IMG/VR virus record: IMGVR_UViG_3300021091_005099
Location: 1-64,000 of that record
DNA length: 64,000 bases
Source of the DNA: a virus
Direction: 5' to 3' (one strand)
The notes under the pieces were generated by a model, which searched no databases, was not told the DNA's origin, and saw nothing but the letters and a program-made list of their open reading frames with translations. How positions within the stretch are numbered: position 1 is the first letter of the stretch; every line of letters begins with the position of its first letter. A program made the position numbers and the translations under genes. Below are positions 12,301 through 22,255 of the stretch, piece after piece.

Positions 12301-15300
12301 GAGACTAATTGTAGATGCCACTTCTGTCTTGGTGGATTTCGCCAATGCCACCACAATCAGCGGATCTTTCACAGTCAGGGACGAATCCACGGTGGCAACA
12401 TATGGAAACCTGTATCGTTTCATCAGTGTGAGATTGGCCTCGCTTGACACAGTCAATGAGGTGTTGCCATACGATGAATACAAAATCGCGGACACTGTAA
12501 ATGAAAAGCCCGGAGATAAAATTTTTGTGGACAATGTGGGATCTCAGTGGAAAATTTATGAAAAAGTGGATCCTTATGTGATCAAAAGAATAGCGTCTTC
12601 TGATGTTGCAGACAATCAGGAGTTTGGTTATAAAACAGTTGCCAGGTCCGATGGGAAATTTATCGCAATATCTGCGCCCGGCGATAGGGGAGGAACATCT
12701 CAAGGGTTCGTGAATTTCTTCAGCAGACTTGACAATCAGGCAGGATCGGTGTTCACACTTATAAACAGTCGCACAATGAGCGACAGCACCACCGGTACCG
12801 GTAGGCTGGGTGAGAGTTTGAGCATCAGCACCGATGAAAATTTTATAGTGGCGGGGGCTCCGTATGCCAATATTTTAGCATCAGATGGCAGCACAAGACG
12901 CAACAACAGCGGGTTAATAAAATTATTCATTTGGAATCCTATAACAAAAGCATACGATGAATTCACAACCATAACCCCAGCAGATGACGGCACAGAAAAT
13001 ATAAATTTTGGTTGGTCGCATGCACTGGCGGAACCCACCGCGGACAGCGATGCCAGTGTGAGACAGAAATATCTTTTGGTCGGAGCTCCCGGATATGCCA
13101 GCGACACAGGAATAGTTTATCTATACACTTATACCCCCGTGGAAGACAGCACATTTGCCGCATGGACGCAGGACAACAGTGTGGTCAGCAGCCAGGCAGA
13201 CACAAATAAAAGATTTGGCCATAGGATGGCCATCAACGACAACGGTGACATACTTGCGGTGTCTTCAGTGAGCCCAGATGATGCTGGCATGGTGGAGATC
13301 TTCGTAAGGAATAGTCCGGACAGTGTTGACAGCACCACGTTAGGATTCACTCATGTGCAGACCTTCAAGGGGACGTCGTCTCAAGATAGCACACTCAACA
13401 CAGCGTTTGGAGAGAGTCTGTCCATGAGCAAAGATGGAAGGACATTAGTGATCTCCGCTCCGGGTAAAGATAATTCATCACAAGCGGATGCTGGCGCAGT
13501 ATATGTTTACAAATGGAACATGGACGGTTCAACCAACACTTACACATTACACCAAACGATACAGTCCCCAGAAACTGCCACCAACATGCGGTTCGGTTCC
13601 ACAGTACACATCAATCATAATGCTGACAGATTGGTCATAGGAGCAGAAAAATTTGCAAACAGTCGCACACAAAAATTTGACAGTGGATCGACCACATTTG
13701 ATTTACAAGACACTAACATAGTGGATGTCAACATAGGATCTGGAGGAGTTTTCACTGCAACCAAATACAACAGCAATTTTATATTGGATGGCAAATTGAT
13801 CACGGATAATGTGTCGGCCAATGACGATTTTGGTAGAGCTGTGTGGGTGATCGATAACACCGTATTTGTGGGAGCGCCTGGAGATGATTCGAAATATTCA
13901 AACGATTCTACTAGCGTAAATGATGGCATGGTAGCTGTTTTTGACTTGCAAAAGCAGGGATCATACAGCTGGAAAGTGTTACAACAAGAAGAGTCTTTGA
14001 TCGATGACAGATTGATAGATTCAGCTTTCGTATTTGATCGAGCAGCACAAAAAATTAAATCTTACATAGATTATTTTGATCCGATCAAGGGCAGGATACT
14101 GGGCATTGCGGATAGAGAGATCAATTACAAGACCGAATGGGATCCAGCAGTTTACAACATAGGCACAAATAGTGTCACGGTGAAACCAGACATGAGTTGG
14201 GCCGAAGAGCACGTGGGAGAAGTTTGGTGGGATCTCAGCAAGGCCCGATGGATATGGTATGAACAGGGCAACCAGGAATACAGAACTAAAAATTGGGGCA
14301 AACTCTTTCCTGGCAGCACGATTGATTTGTATGAATGGGTAGAGTCCACTCTATTGCCATCCGCGTGGAGTCAGCAGGCTGATAGCGCACTGGGATTAAG
14401 TCGAAAGATATCGGGGCAGCCTTTGTACCCAGACGACACGGTGCTGACTGTGAGACAAAAATATGATTCTCGTTTGGATGGTTTTATCAATTACTATTAT
14501 TACTGGGTCAAAAATAGTGTTTACCTGCCTGACAGTGCCAAGAGTGTGGTCACCAGGGTGAACACCACGGGTTACATTTCCAATATCATAACCAATCCCA
14601 AAGGGTCAGGCATCAGGCATTTTGCGGTGTCAGATCAAAACAAATTGATTGCATTCAATATGAAAAATGACATCACCACCGACAACACTGTGTTGAACAT
14701 CACTTATAAAGATACGGTGGAAGAAGGTGATGCGCATTATGTTTGGAAATTGATTAAAGAAGGTGATAAGGACGATGCGCCCAATGCACAGATTGAGAGA
14801 AAATGGTGGGATAGCTTGATCGGTTCTGACGAATCAGGCAACGAAGTGCCAGATATCTCGTTGTCTATAAATCAAAGATACGGCAACAAAATCAGACCAA
14901 GACAGAGCTGGTATGTGGATCGATTTGATGCGCTGAAAGAGATTATTGATTATACAAATTCAATATTGGCAAAGAATCAAATGGCCAACAACATAAGATA
15001 CAAAAATCTTAATTCATCAGAGCCTGAACCAACTGCCATATCAGGTGAGTGGGATAGCACTGTGGACACCTATGACGATTTGACCTATATTGATACCAGA
15101 GACATCAGCGGCACCACCAACGTGCTGGTCAAAAATGATCAAAAATTTAGCAAAGGTTTTTGGGCCATCTATAATTGGAACGGTGCCGAATGGATAAGAA
15201 CCAAGTTACAAACATTCAAAACCAGTGCTTATTATTCCGTGATTGATTGGTATGATGTTTCATTTGATGCAAATGCTGCAATAGAGAAACAGCTGAATTT

Positions 15301-18300
15301 TCAGTATGAATTGGATGGATTGACATTAGGGAATGGCAAGTATGTAAAGATTTTAACAGCCGATACAGGAGGTTGGAAGATATTCGAGAGCACATCAGAC
15401 GGTTTCAAAAATATCGCCACGCAAAATGGCACCATTGAATTAAAAACTTCTCTGTATGACTATACTATCGACAACAGGGGATTTGACGGGGAGGACGCCT
15501 TTGACATCAATTTCTTTGACACAGAACCAAAGATAGAACTGAGAAAAATTCTCACAGCCCTGAGAGATGATCTATTGATAGGGGACCTTAAAATAGAATA
15601 CAACAACATTTTCTTTATCGGGCTAAGAAAAGTACTAGAGCAACAGAAATATGTTGATTGGCTATCAAAAACGTCATTCATCAATGTATCCAATATTTTA
15701 AGAGAGCTAGATCAAAGAAAAAGCTATAGGGTCAACACGGAAAATTATGTGGAAGAATACATCAATGAGGTCAAACCATACCATACCAAAATCAGAGAAT
15801 ATAGATTGGGCTACACCGGGCTTGACATTGAGGATGGGATATATTCAGATTTTGATTTGCCCGCTTTCTATGACGGAGATGAGATTAGAAATGTGGACAT
15901 AGTGAACGACATAGCTGTGCTCAGCACATACCCTTATCGTTTTTGGAGGGACAATTATAAAAAATATGTGGATAGTATCACAGTGATGTATGGTGGCAGC
16001 GGATATTTGACTCCGCCCACAGTGACATTGGTAGGGGGAACCACGAAGACGGTCGGACCATTCACGGTGTTGGGAACCAGCACCCAGGGTGCTTCTTCGG
16101 GCCAATTTGGATATTTTTATCCTCTGTACACTGCGCAAGTTGATGCAAATATTGCTGATTCCCAGGCCGGGGGAACTGGAACTAGTCACCTATTAAAATT
16201 CAGTGAATTTTCGAGTATTGATTTCTATATGCCGAACACAGGGCAAAATGTTGCCAAGGTGGATAGACCCGCGGGATATGAAGTTTACACATTGAGCGAT
16301 GTGACACAGGCCACAGCTAGAGCAGTGATCAGCGGAGGCGCTGTGTCTAGAATTGTGGTATTGACGAATGGAAAAAATTACACTTCAACACCTAGAGTGA
16401 TCATTACAGGTGGAGGATTGAACGGCAACACTCCGTTAGATTCCGCCAGGGCCTATGCAAATCTTAGAAATGATCTAGTAAGGGATATCAGCACCACAAT
16501 CAAATTTGACCGTGTTCAATCTACGGCCACAATACTGCCATGGGCCAGCAACAAGACTTATGCTTTTAATGATCTTATTAGATATGATAATAAACTTTAT
16601 AAAGTTATTACAACGTACACCAGCACAGAAGATTTTGACGAAGGATTGTCAAAGCTCTTGGCACTAAGGGGAGACGAGCCATACATCACAGCGGCAGAAA
16701 GAACGCTAGGATTGTATGCTCCTACAGCGGGCATGCCGGGCAATGAGCTTTCCCAGTTGATGACTGGAGTAGATTATGGTGGCGTCATGGTGACAGGATT
16801 GGCCTTTGATGATGGACAGGGTTGGGACAGATCTCCATGGTATAACTTGCCATGGGATGGATTTGGTCTGAGCAGAGTAAAAGTATTCTATGGTGATGGC
16901 ACCACTATCAACTTTTCTTTTGATTTTGCTCCATTGCCAACTGACGTGTACACAGTTTATTTCACCGACATCAGCGATTCCTCGGCCCAATACCCTGTCG
17001 CCATGTCTAACGTTAACAGAGTGAGACAGAGAACTCAGGTTCTGAGGGGGGATGGCACCACCAAAACATTCACCATCTTGGGAGATGATGGTAATCCAGC
17101 TCCTGCGAACACGGTCATCGAATTGATACCCTTTGATGACGACGGAGTGTTGACACCTACCGATGACAAAACGCTGGATTCCTTGATCAGCGGTGGACTG
17201 TTCAAATCAGCGCTGGGAGTATCGCCCACAGATATACTTGTGGAAGGTGACGCTTTCATCACACCGGAAACCAGCTACGCCCCAGAAGAAAATCTACCCG
17301 GCAGCATATTTGACTCTGTGGATATCCGAGTCTACACAGCGCCCACCTCGGGAGTGCCGTTCATCATAGTGAAAAACTACATAGGGGACGGATCAGTCAC
17401 TGTGTTCCCAATCGGGCAACTGGCGGGCACACAGGCATCTGTGGTTGTTTCACTTGATGGCGCAACACAGACTTTGAACTCAGAATACACGGTAGACACA
17501 CAAAACAAAACAGTGACATTTGCAGCGGCACCGTCGGCAGGCAGTAAAATTTCAATTAAAAGTTTTGCCATATCTGGCAGCAACTATATGGTCCTAGACA
17601 CATTTGTGGGTGACGGTTCCACGCATTCATTCATTACCAAGAGCAGAGAAACCTATCAATTAGACAGCTCACTCAGCCAATTGTTTGTCACAGTGGATGG
17701 TGTGCCCACAACAGATTACAGCTACACGGTGAGTGGCAGGAACATCACCGTGCATCTACACACGGGGGATGGATCTACCGCCAATCCTCCAGCAGCTGGG
17801 ACCAGCGTGCAGATAGCATCGTTCAATCAGCCACCAGGCAGCGGCAGGGCCTATGCTGAAATAAGGTCACAAGAGATAGTGTATGATGGCAGCACTAGTG
17901 ATTACACATTGTCATATCCTCCGGGATCAATAGGTCCTTTTTCAAGTTTGACTTTGTTAGAACATAATGGAAAAGTGCTGAGAGGACCCGACAACACTTA
18001 TTATTTGGGTGATGGAAGCAGCAATACTTTTTCATTCGCTGGCTATGCAGGATCTACTCAAGACGACAGTACCTCTGGATACGTGGACGTAAAATTTGGG
18101 GAGCAAACTGGCATTCTAAATACACCTATATCAATAGATTCATGGCCTGTTCATCCAGCAGCAGAATATAATGGTGTTTGGTACCTGGCGGTCACGCGAG
18201 AGGAAGTGTCAGGAGAATTGGCCACCGCCAAGTACTCTTTAGTGCATAATAATACACAGGCCTTTGTGAGCATGTCATCAATCACCAAAACAGGAATAGC

Positions 18301-20296
18301 GGAGCATATCACAGTTGACGCAATTATTGATAATACATCGTCCCCCCACATTCTATCGATACAAGGAACAGGTAGCTCCGTACTAAACTCTGTCTCTTGG
18401 TACAGAATAGGATTGGGGGCAAACACAGTGGGAACTTCAGGTACTCAAGTAGTTACACTAGTATTGCCATATCTAGATTCCGTAACAGTGCCGCTAGAGT
18501 CTCCAGGATGGGATAAAAATATTTACAGAGGCGCCAAGTATTTTATCACAGTTGAATCAATAGGAATTTCTCCCGTAGAAAGAAGTAACATGGAGGTGCT
18601 AATGGTGCACGATGGAACGAATGCCTATGCCACCGTGTATAATGTGGTTCGCACGACAGCCACAGACATGGTAACTGTATCAGTGGATATCAATGCAGGA
18701 CAGGCTAGATTGTTGCTGGCATCTAATCTATATGAATGTAGTGTCAAGGCCTATAGAATATTACTTGGAGAGGCAGATGTTAACGATGGAACTAATTTTA
18801 GAGGCACCACGTCAATTTCTAGTAATCAAACGACCATAGACACTTTCCAAACTTCTGATTACATCGGAGCCCACTATCTAGTGACTGCATACAATGCCAG
18901 CGAAGGATCTGCGTCCATGTCAGAAGTAACTTTAATAGTGGGTGGCTCATCTGTGTTCACCAACACCGCGCCTCATCTAAGCACCAAGTCGTCGGACCAA
19001 GTGTCGTTCACAGGGTCGATAACAGGAAACGTCACATCATTAGTTGCCAGCGCTACGTCGGGATCTGGCACTATCGTGAGCGTATATAGATTTGGATTGT
19101 TGCGTAATCCGGCCCAGGCAGAGATCGATCCTACCAAGGTCAGAGTATATCTAAATGGGATCAAGCAAGATCAATTCACAGATTATGTTGTCAACATTGA
19201 TACAGCATCTGTCACATTCAACGTTGCCCCAGCCAGCTCAGATCTGATTGCCATATCAACGGTGGTGGGAACACACTATCATGATAGTAATGATCAAATA
19301 ATTCTGCAGCCCGACAACATGGCTGTGGACGGCATCGCTATATCGCAAGGGGACATAATAACAGCTACCACATTCAACAACGCGGTTGGCATGAACCAAC
19401 GCAGAGAAACTTTTAAAGGAAACAGTGCGGGAGAGTTCTATCTATTTGGTACGCCGTTGAACAATGACTACGTGTTTGTTTGGCTGAATGGAGAAAATCT
19501 GATACAAGGTTTTGATTGGACATTGGCGGGAAATGAAATCACGATCAGCAGAACATTGCAGGACAATGACAGGATAGACGTGATGTATTTCGTGACAGAA
19601 GGCAACAACTTCTCAACAGGATTCAGAATATTCAAAGACATGCTCAACAGAACGTTCTACAAGAGAATCAGCCAGACCAACACAACGAAGCTGGCAGCCG
19701 CTCTATTATTGAACGACAAAACAATCACAGTGGTGAACGGCAGTGTGTTGAAATCCACAGATGGCAGCACGCTATTGCCTGGGGTGATCTTTATAGGCCA
19801 TGAGAGAATAGAATATCTCTACAAAGACGGCAATGTACTATCCAATATCAGAAGGGGTACCCTGGGAACGTCGATAAAAAATCATAGTGTCGGAGCAGAA
19901 GTGGTGGACGCATCTGGACAGCAGACAGTGCCTTATGCCGATACGATATACACCAAGAAACACATCGCGGATGGATCGACCACAGCATTCATCTCGTCGC
20001 AGCCCGTGAGCAGTGTGAACGAGGTTGATATCTTCGTAGGCGGAACAAGATTGCCAGCTGTGGGCGAGGACGGCAGCACAGCGAACTACACAGTGAACGC
20101 ATGGGATGGCAGCTCCGCCAACGTGATATTGAGCGAGCAACCTGCTGCAGGTACTGAAGTGAAAATTATACAAAAACGCGGGCAAACATGGTATAACAGA
20201 GGAGAAAGCACTGCCGCTGATGGTAAAGGATTGGGAAAATCCAACACAGCACAGGCCAAATTCATAGCGGGAGAACCAACAAATGCGCCTGAATAA
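6332..20296 (+). CDS. Giant (4654 aa) baseplate wedge / virion structural protein, gp7-like, multi-domain
   Basis: Follows gp6; YINEVKPYHTKIRE motif; cupredoxin-like domain; about 7 FG-GAP-like propeller repeats; two CBM5/12-like repeats (WVANRDYQIGNTVEY, WASNKTYAFNDLIRY); GSGY..PPTV repeat; many GDGST-type repeats. Confidence 0.8.
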   Translation: MADRPLDSQSNYDVITNENGVTLRRSVAHLPTFFRTDVNERFLSATLDQLIQPGKLVRLDGYVGRRNSYTRSITDKFIESGIEDRDSYQLEPTVTYTDKDTSSINPEDQVKFTATYDDYINQLKFFGGDASNHDRLNKEKIYSWDPAIDFDKLINYREYYWMPEGPNPILIASSGTNAVSEINVTHGAQSAYLFGTYPGSNNPSITLYRGNTYKFIFDTHGHPFYIMTEPFKTGVAEDGSTSVIYSTGVSGNGIEEGTLTFTVPTSAPDVLYYQCGNHQAMQGVFTIRTIGVATKIDVDHEIIGTKNYTLKSGTKLSNGMKVRFENNVANSAYANKEFYVEGVGTSITLTDTANMIVTGPYTEESTEPYDAVPYADRPYSISFYRPVKPDYITIKRDSIDGNAWSRYNRWFHRAVIEATAAANGYTPVLLETDRAKRPIIEFDSGLSLFNHGTTAKRSVTLIDTVTTDVFSKMVNTTGYIVDGVPLVDGMRLLITADTDPLVNNRIYLVNFVKVQGSAVTTLRLSEGSDALPLDGDAVSVEMGAVNQAKTFYYSTSEKAWIEGQSKMDVNQPPLFALFDENHKAFNNDDAYPNSTFTGSRLFEYKISPTSTVDPVLGLQIKYYTVKNLSDIVFTSDFATASFQYNIDDKSYTKNFNTGHAHQNLSRDRHVNRCGWIERTEESKQRVTRLFSVDKNELKLFPVDVFENSKSLSDLSVTVDVNHVTQNLGTDYTLVDGLTYKYVKFAKNLKVDDLIKLSCYSSAKKIAGKGIYEIPENIAVNPFNAQLKDFTYGQILNHLHDINEKNVEMIGKTPGSSNLRDIGNVRLQGGTIIQHGAALPQAMFLLIDQNANAIKSIEYCNSEYTKFKETFLANKSGSLHEGSIASRVDEIIKNISENKNVSFPFYYDDMIGHGENLSVRKYTVQDPEEIEYAIDSQFDTTTASKRAVYIYLNDQILLLGYDYNFSAETDGVTITATLAAGDIITIKDYASTVGSFVPPTPTKLGIYPKFKPEKIIDNTYRTSVNVIVGHDGSRTIAFGDYRDDLLLELEKRIYNNCKTSFNTDLLSEDDVRPGVFRTTEYNNSEIDKILSLDFYAWAGQNGIEYQNNLHYDENDFFTFNYSKNKNIKNGEKLPGYWRGIYKYFYDTDRPHTHPWEMLGHSERPSWWVGTYGPAPYTSGNELLWNDLAAGYDTGLKKTVEKYKRSGLSGYIPVDANGNLKSPVAIGLIDQYQNLGIKERWKFGDQGPSETAWRRSSQYPFSVMKLLALTKPAKFFGYFLDNSRLGKNVAGNYVNTKTQVAPTLASSTYYLDTTGGSTPSITAGYQPFIVNYLIKCGLDPAAFFYDKMKNLNVQLAYKLGGFTDKQNLKILTDSVSPGSTSGSQFIPDENYKVAFRVSNPVRDYDYSGVLVELNSNVTSDGSTLEGGYKIIGYNNIKPYFRILKPVENNNLHSISIGNSSAIIYNDYSENETVVPYGTVFNTTQQVINFLVGYGKYLESQGFVFDNFSNEIGEINNWETSAKEFLYWTRQSWAAGSAITLSPGAAGFVLKTSNSVISKFQNTLGQYSVLDSGGRAIGTQYISTKRIGNKFSISMKNTEEGIYNISMCAVQKEQILLFDNITVFSDIIFELVTGFRQQRLKLVGWKTADWNGDYYSPGFVFDEAKVDRWVANRDYQIGNTVEYLNGFYTAKQNHNSGLKFEFERWTKKKAKPSAQLIPNFDYKISQFNDFYNLETNNFDETQQKLAQHLTGYQSRPYLENLFLNDVSQYKFYQGFIREKGTLNAIDRLVKAKFYGEDININAYSEWMIKVGEFGNLDGSKSIQLILPDNNFTSNAQSIELLNDDNDAEDYARSLSIISDNFYSKPLEYSASNTFSKYDYSQQGYDRDFVQKYKTAGYVRITDAQHTAFNVSDILNLDVNRINNKDLIWIAKKSNNDWDVQRITYTGLNLITIKPVNNNTQVILGFNGVHKLTADQYIAINNSQFPNMNKVYQVRLIVDATSVLVDFANATTISGSFTVRDESTVATYGNLYRFISVRLASLDTVNEVLPYDEYKIADTVNEKPGDKIFVDNVGSQWKIYEKVDPYVIKRIASSDVADNQEFGYKTVARSDGKFIAISAPGDRGGTSQGFVNFFSRLDNQAGSVFTLINSRTMSDSTTGTGRLGESLSISTDENFIVAGAPYANILASDGSTRRNNSGLIKLFIWNPITKAYDEFTTITPADDGTENINFGWSHALAEPTADSDASVRQKYLLVGAPGYASDTGIVYLYTYTPVEDSTFAAWTQDNSVVSSQADTNKRFGHRMAINDNGDILAVSSVSPDDAGMVEIFVRNSPDSVDSTTLGFTHVQTFKGTSSQDSTLNTAFGESLSMSKDGRTLVISAPGKDNSSQADAGAVYVYKWNMDGSTNTYTLHQTIQSPETATNMRFGSTVHINHNADRLVIGAEKFANSRTQKFDSGSTTFDLQDTNIVDVNIGSGGVFTATKYNSNFILDGKLITDNVSANDDFGRAVWVIDNTVFVGAPGDDSKYSNDSTSVNDGMVAVFDLQKQGSYSWKVLQQEESLIDDRLIDSAFVFDRAAQKIKSYIDYFDPIKGRILGIADREINYKTEWDPAVYNIGTNSVTVKPDMSWAEEHVGEVWWDLSKARWIWYEQGNQEYRTKNWGKLFPGSTIDLYEWVESTLLPSAWSQQADSALGLSRKISGQPLYPDDTVLTVRQKYDSRLDGFINYYYYWVKNSVYLPDSAKSVVTRVNTTGYISNIITNPKGSGIRHFAVSDQNKLIAFNMKNDITTDNTVLNITYKDTVEEGDAHYVWKLIKEGDKDDAPNAQIERKWWDSLIGSDESGNEVPDISLSINQRYGNKIRPRQSWYVDRFDALKEIIDYTNSILAKNQMANNIRYKNLNSSEPEPTAISGEWDSTVDTYDDLTYIDTRDISGTTNVLVKNDQKFSKGFWAIYNWNGAEWIRTKLQTFKTSAYYSVIDWYDVSFDANAAIEKQLNFQYELDGLTLGNGKYVKILTADTGGWKIFESTSDGFKNIATQNGTIELKTSLYDYTIDNRGFDGEDAFDINFFDTEPKIELRKILTALRDDLLIGDLKIEYNNIFFIGLRKVLEQQKYVDWLSKTSFINVSNILRELDQRKSYRVNTENYVEEYINEVKPYHTKIREYRLGYTGLDIEDGIYSDFDLPAFYDGDEIRNVDIVNDIAVLSTYPYRFWRDNYKKYVDSITVMYGGSGYLTPPTVTLVGGTTKTVGPFTVLGTSTQGASSGQFGYFYPLYTAQVDANIADSQAGGTGTSHLLKFSEFSSIDFYMPNTGQNVAKVDRPAGYEVYTLSDVTQATARAVISGGAVSRIVVLTNGKNYTSTPRVIITGGGLNGNTPLDSARAYANLRNDLVRDISTTIKFDRVQSTATILPWASNKTYAFNDLIRYDNKLYKVITTYTSTEDFDEGLSKLLALRGDEPYITAAERTLGLYAPTAGMPGNELSQLMTGVDYGGVMVTGLAFDDGQGWDRSPWYNLPWDGFGLSRVKVFYGDGTTINFSFDFAPLPTDVYTVYFTDISDSSAQYPVAMSNVNRVRQRTQVLRGDGTTKTFTILGDDGNPAPANTVIELIPFDDDGVLTPTDDKTLDSLISGGLFKSALGVSPTDILVEGDAFITPETSYAPEENLPGSIFDSVDIRVYTAPTSGVPFIIVKNYIGDGSVTVFPIGQLAGTQASVVVSLDGATQTLNSEYTVDTQNKTVTFAAAPSAGSKISIKSFAISGSNYMVLDTFVGDGSTHSFITKSRETYQLDSSLSQLFVTVDGVPTTDYSYTVSGRNITVHLHTGDGSTANPPAAGTSVQIASFNQPPGSGRAYAEIRSQEIVYDGSTSDYTLSYPPGSIGPFSSLTLLEHNGKVLRGPDNTYYLGDGSSNTFSFAGYAGSTQDDSTSGYVDVKFGEQTGILNTPISIDSWPVHPAAEYNGVWYLAVTREEVSGELATAKYSLVHNNTQAFVSMSSITKTGIAEHITVDAIIDNTSSPHILSIQGTGSSVLNSVSWYRIGLGANTVGTSGTQVVTLVLPYLDSVTVPLESPGWDKNIYRGAKYFITVESIGISPVERSNMEVLMVHDGTNAYATVYNVVRTTATDMVTVSVDINAGQARLLLASNLYECSVKAYRILLGEADVNDGTNFRGTTSISSNQTTIDTFQTSDYIGAHYLVTAYNASEGSASMSEVTLIVGGSSVFTNTAPHLSTKSSDQVSFTGSITGNVTSLVASATSGSGTIVSVYRFGLLRNPAQAEIDPTKVRVYLNGIKQDQFTDYVVNIDTASVTFNVAPASSDLIAISTVVGTHYHDSNDQIILQPDNMAVDGIAISQGDIITATTFNNAVGMNQRRETFKGNSAGEFYLFGTPLNNDYVFVWLNGENLIQGFDWTLAGNEITISRTLQDNDRIDVMYFVTEGNNFSTGFRIFKDMLNRTFYKRISQTNTTKLAAALLLNDKTITVVNGSVLKSTDGSTLLPGVIFIGHERIEYLYKDGNVLSNIRRGTLGTSIKNHSVGAEVVDASGQQTVPYADTIYTKKHIADGSTTAFISSQPVSSVNEVDIFVGGTRLPAVGEDGSTANYTVNAWDGSSANVILSEQPAAGTEVKIIQKRGQTWYNRGESTAADGKGLGKSNTAQAKFIAGEPTNAPE

Positions 20297-20299
20297 ATA
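20294..20299 (+). promoter_or_regulatory. Putative late promoter core TAAATA
   Basis: TAAATA lies 7 nt before ATG 20307; it overlaps the stop codon of the giant gene. Confidence 0.45.
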
Positions 20300-20306
20300 T
20301 AACGAA

Positions 20307-20972
20307 ATGACAGAACAAGCAAAACAAGACTCTATCAACGAAAAACAAATGAAAGAATCCAAACCACAGGACAATTCAGGAATAAAAGTAGAAGGACATA
20401 TCAAAATATGGGATCCTGCCACAGGTGAAGTCATTGTGGACAAAAGAAATGCCATACACTACGAGAACATGAGCATAGCACTGGCCAACAGTTTAGCCCA
20501 CAAGACCACAGGATTCATTCATGAGATGGCTTTTGGCAACGGCGGAACCACAGTGGATCCCACCGGCATTATAACATATCTTACTCCCAACACATCTGGA
20601 AGCAACGCTACTCTATACAATCAAACATATTACAAAGTGGTGGATGATAATTCATCATCTAACAAAGATACCACGAGAAATAAAATGGAAGTGAGGCATA
20701 CCGCGGGAAACAAATACACAGACATCGTTGTTACCTGCACGCTGGACTACGGTGAACCAGCCGGACAATCAGCATTTGACAACACCACGGATTTCAATGG
20801 TTCCTACGTGTTTGATGAGCTGGGATTGAAATCATGGGAGGGCACGGAGAACGGAAGCACCAATAAATTATTGACACATGTGATATTCCATCCTGTGCAG
20901 AAGAGCTTGAACAGATTGATACAGATAGATTATACGTTGAGGATACAGTCATTAACAACATTTACGGAATAA
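20307..20972 (+). CDS. Baseplate/tail structural protein (gp8-position protein)
   Basis: GHIKIWD...NAIHYENMS...MAFGNGG...FDELGL...LLTHVIFHPVQKSLNRLIQIDYTLRI; start refined from 20283 to the ATG after TAAATA. Confidence 0.7.
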   Translation: MTEQAKQDSINEKQMKESKPQDNSGIKVEGHIKIWDPATGEVIVDKRNAIHYENMSIALANSLAHKTTGFIHEMAFGNGGTTVDPTGIITYLTPNTSGSNATLYNQTYYKVVDDNSSSNKDTTRNKMEVRHTAGNKYTDIVVTCTLDYGEPAGQSAFDNTTDFNGSYVFDELGLKSWEGTENGSTNKLLTHVIFHPVQKSLNRLIQIDYTLRIQSLTTFTE

Positions 20973-20977
20973 TTTAG

Positions 20978-22201
20978 ATGCCATACACAGTAAACAAAAC
21001 AAGCGTCACAGAATCACCCAATCAATACACGGTGCAAGATTCCGTTTTGAACACCCAAACAGACATAGCATTGATAGGAAAAGGATACGCCGGTTATGGC
21101 GAGATAGTGGCAGAAAATTTTTTACATATACTAGAAAATTTCAGCAGCGACACCGCCCCTCCGAAACCCATCAAGGGGCAGTTATGGTACGACTCACAAA
21201 CGCAAAAACTTAAAGTTTTCACGGGTACTTCTTTCCAACCAGTGGGTGGGGCCAACTACACGGCCTCATCTCCCGTAGGTTTGTCGGCTGGGGATCTATG
21301 GTTCAGTTCTTCATCCCAACAATTATATGTGAACAATGGTGGAGAGAACATATTAGTTGGACCACCAGCAACCACTGACAGCGGATTTTCTTTTGAAACT
21401 ATATTGTCATCCACAGATGCCTCAAAAAATATAACCAAATTAAAAAACAACAACGTGCTGATAGCTATCATAAGCGATGATCAATTCACTCCCAAAATTG
21501 ATATATCGGGATTCCCTGTAATCAAGAAGGGTATAACATTAACAGAAGACATAGCAGGGGTGTCATTCGCCGGTACCGCATCCAGTGCCAGCAGCCTATT
21601 AGGCATAGATCCTAACAATTTTTATCAAAAAATAGGTGGTAATCTTACCGGGAGGGTGAACATCAAGACTGATTTGGGACTGGTGATAGGTGCCGACGAT
21701 GACTTTAAAATTGCAGTGGAATCAACAGGCAACGTCTCCATAACCAATAGCACAGACAACGCGGATCTTAGTTTCATAATCAAGGACGGTGGTATCGTAA
21801 CCACAGTGATGACCATAGATGGGCCCACCTCGCGAGTGGGTATTGGTACAGTGTCTCCTTCAACAAAATTAGACGTAAGTGGCACGGTGAATGCCACTGC
21901 CTTCACAGGACCGATCACGGGAGTGATCACCACCAACAGTATCGAAGTTACCGACGCTGGAAACATCACATTTGATGGCACCATAGATGACAGCAACGGA
22001 ACTGTGTTGACGGCGGCTGAACCCACAGGAAATAACACGATCACTTTGCCCAACAGATCGGGCACAGTGCTTACCACCGGTGATACAGGCGCCAATGCCT
22101 CCATCAGTGGTAACATGTTCAAAAGCAAGGTCACATTGACCATTTTGGACTCAAGCGGCGCAGTATTAACCACACTGTATGCTCCGGGATCTGACACCTA
22201 G
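20978..22201 (+). CDS. Tail fibre / baseplate-attached fibre protein (paralog 1)
   Basis: N-terminal YTVNKT...LIGKGYAGYGE..AENFLHILENF...P..GQLWYD anchor domain shared with 27594 and 31670; RVGIGTVSPSTKLDVSG fibre motif. Confidence 0.75.
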   Translation: MPYTVNKTSVTESPNQYTVQDSVLNTQTDIALIGKGYAGYGEIVAENFLHILENFSSDTAPPKPIKGQLWYDSQTQKLKVFTGTSFQPVGGANYTASSPVGLSAGDLWFSSSSQQLYVNNGGENILVGPPATTDSGFSFETILSSTDASKNITKLKNNNVLIAIISDDQFTPKIDISGFPVIKKGITLTEDIAGVSFAGTASSASSLLGIDPNNFYQKIGGNLTGRVNIKTDLGLVIGADDDFKIAVESTGNVSITNSTDNADLSFIIKDGGIVTTVMTIDGPTSRVGIGTVSPSTKLDVSGTVNATAFTGPITGVITTNSIEVTDAGNITFDGTIDDSNGTVLTAAEPTGNNTITLPNRSGTVLTTGDTGANASISGNMFKSKVTLTILDSSGAVLTTLYAPGSDT

Positions 22202-22210
22202 TTTTTTATG

Positions 22211-22239
22211 TTGACAATTTTTTATTATTCTTTTAGTAT
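22211..22239 (+). promoter_or_regulatory. Putative sigma70-type promoter TTGACA-N17-TAGTAT
   Basis: AT-rich intergenic region with a perfect -35 and a 17-nt spacer, upstream of AGGA and ATG 22256. Confidence 0.5.
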
Positions 22240-22255
22240 TTTAAAATAGGATCAC

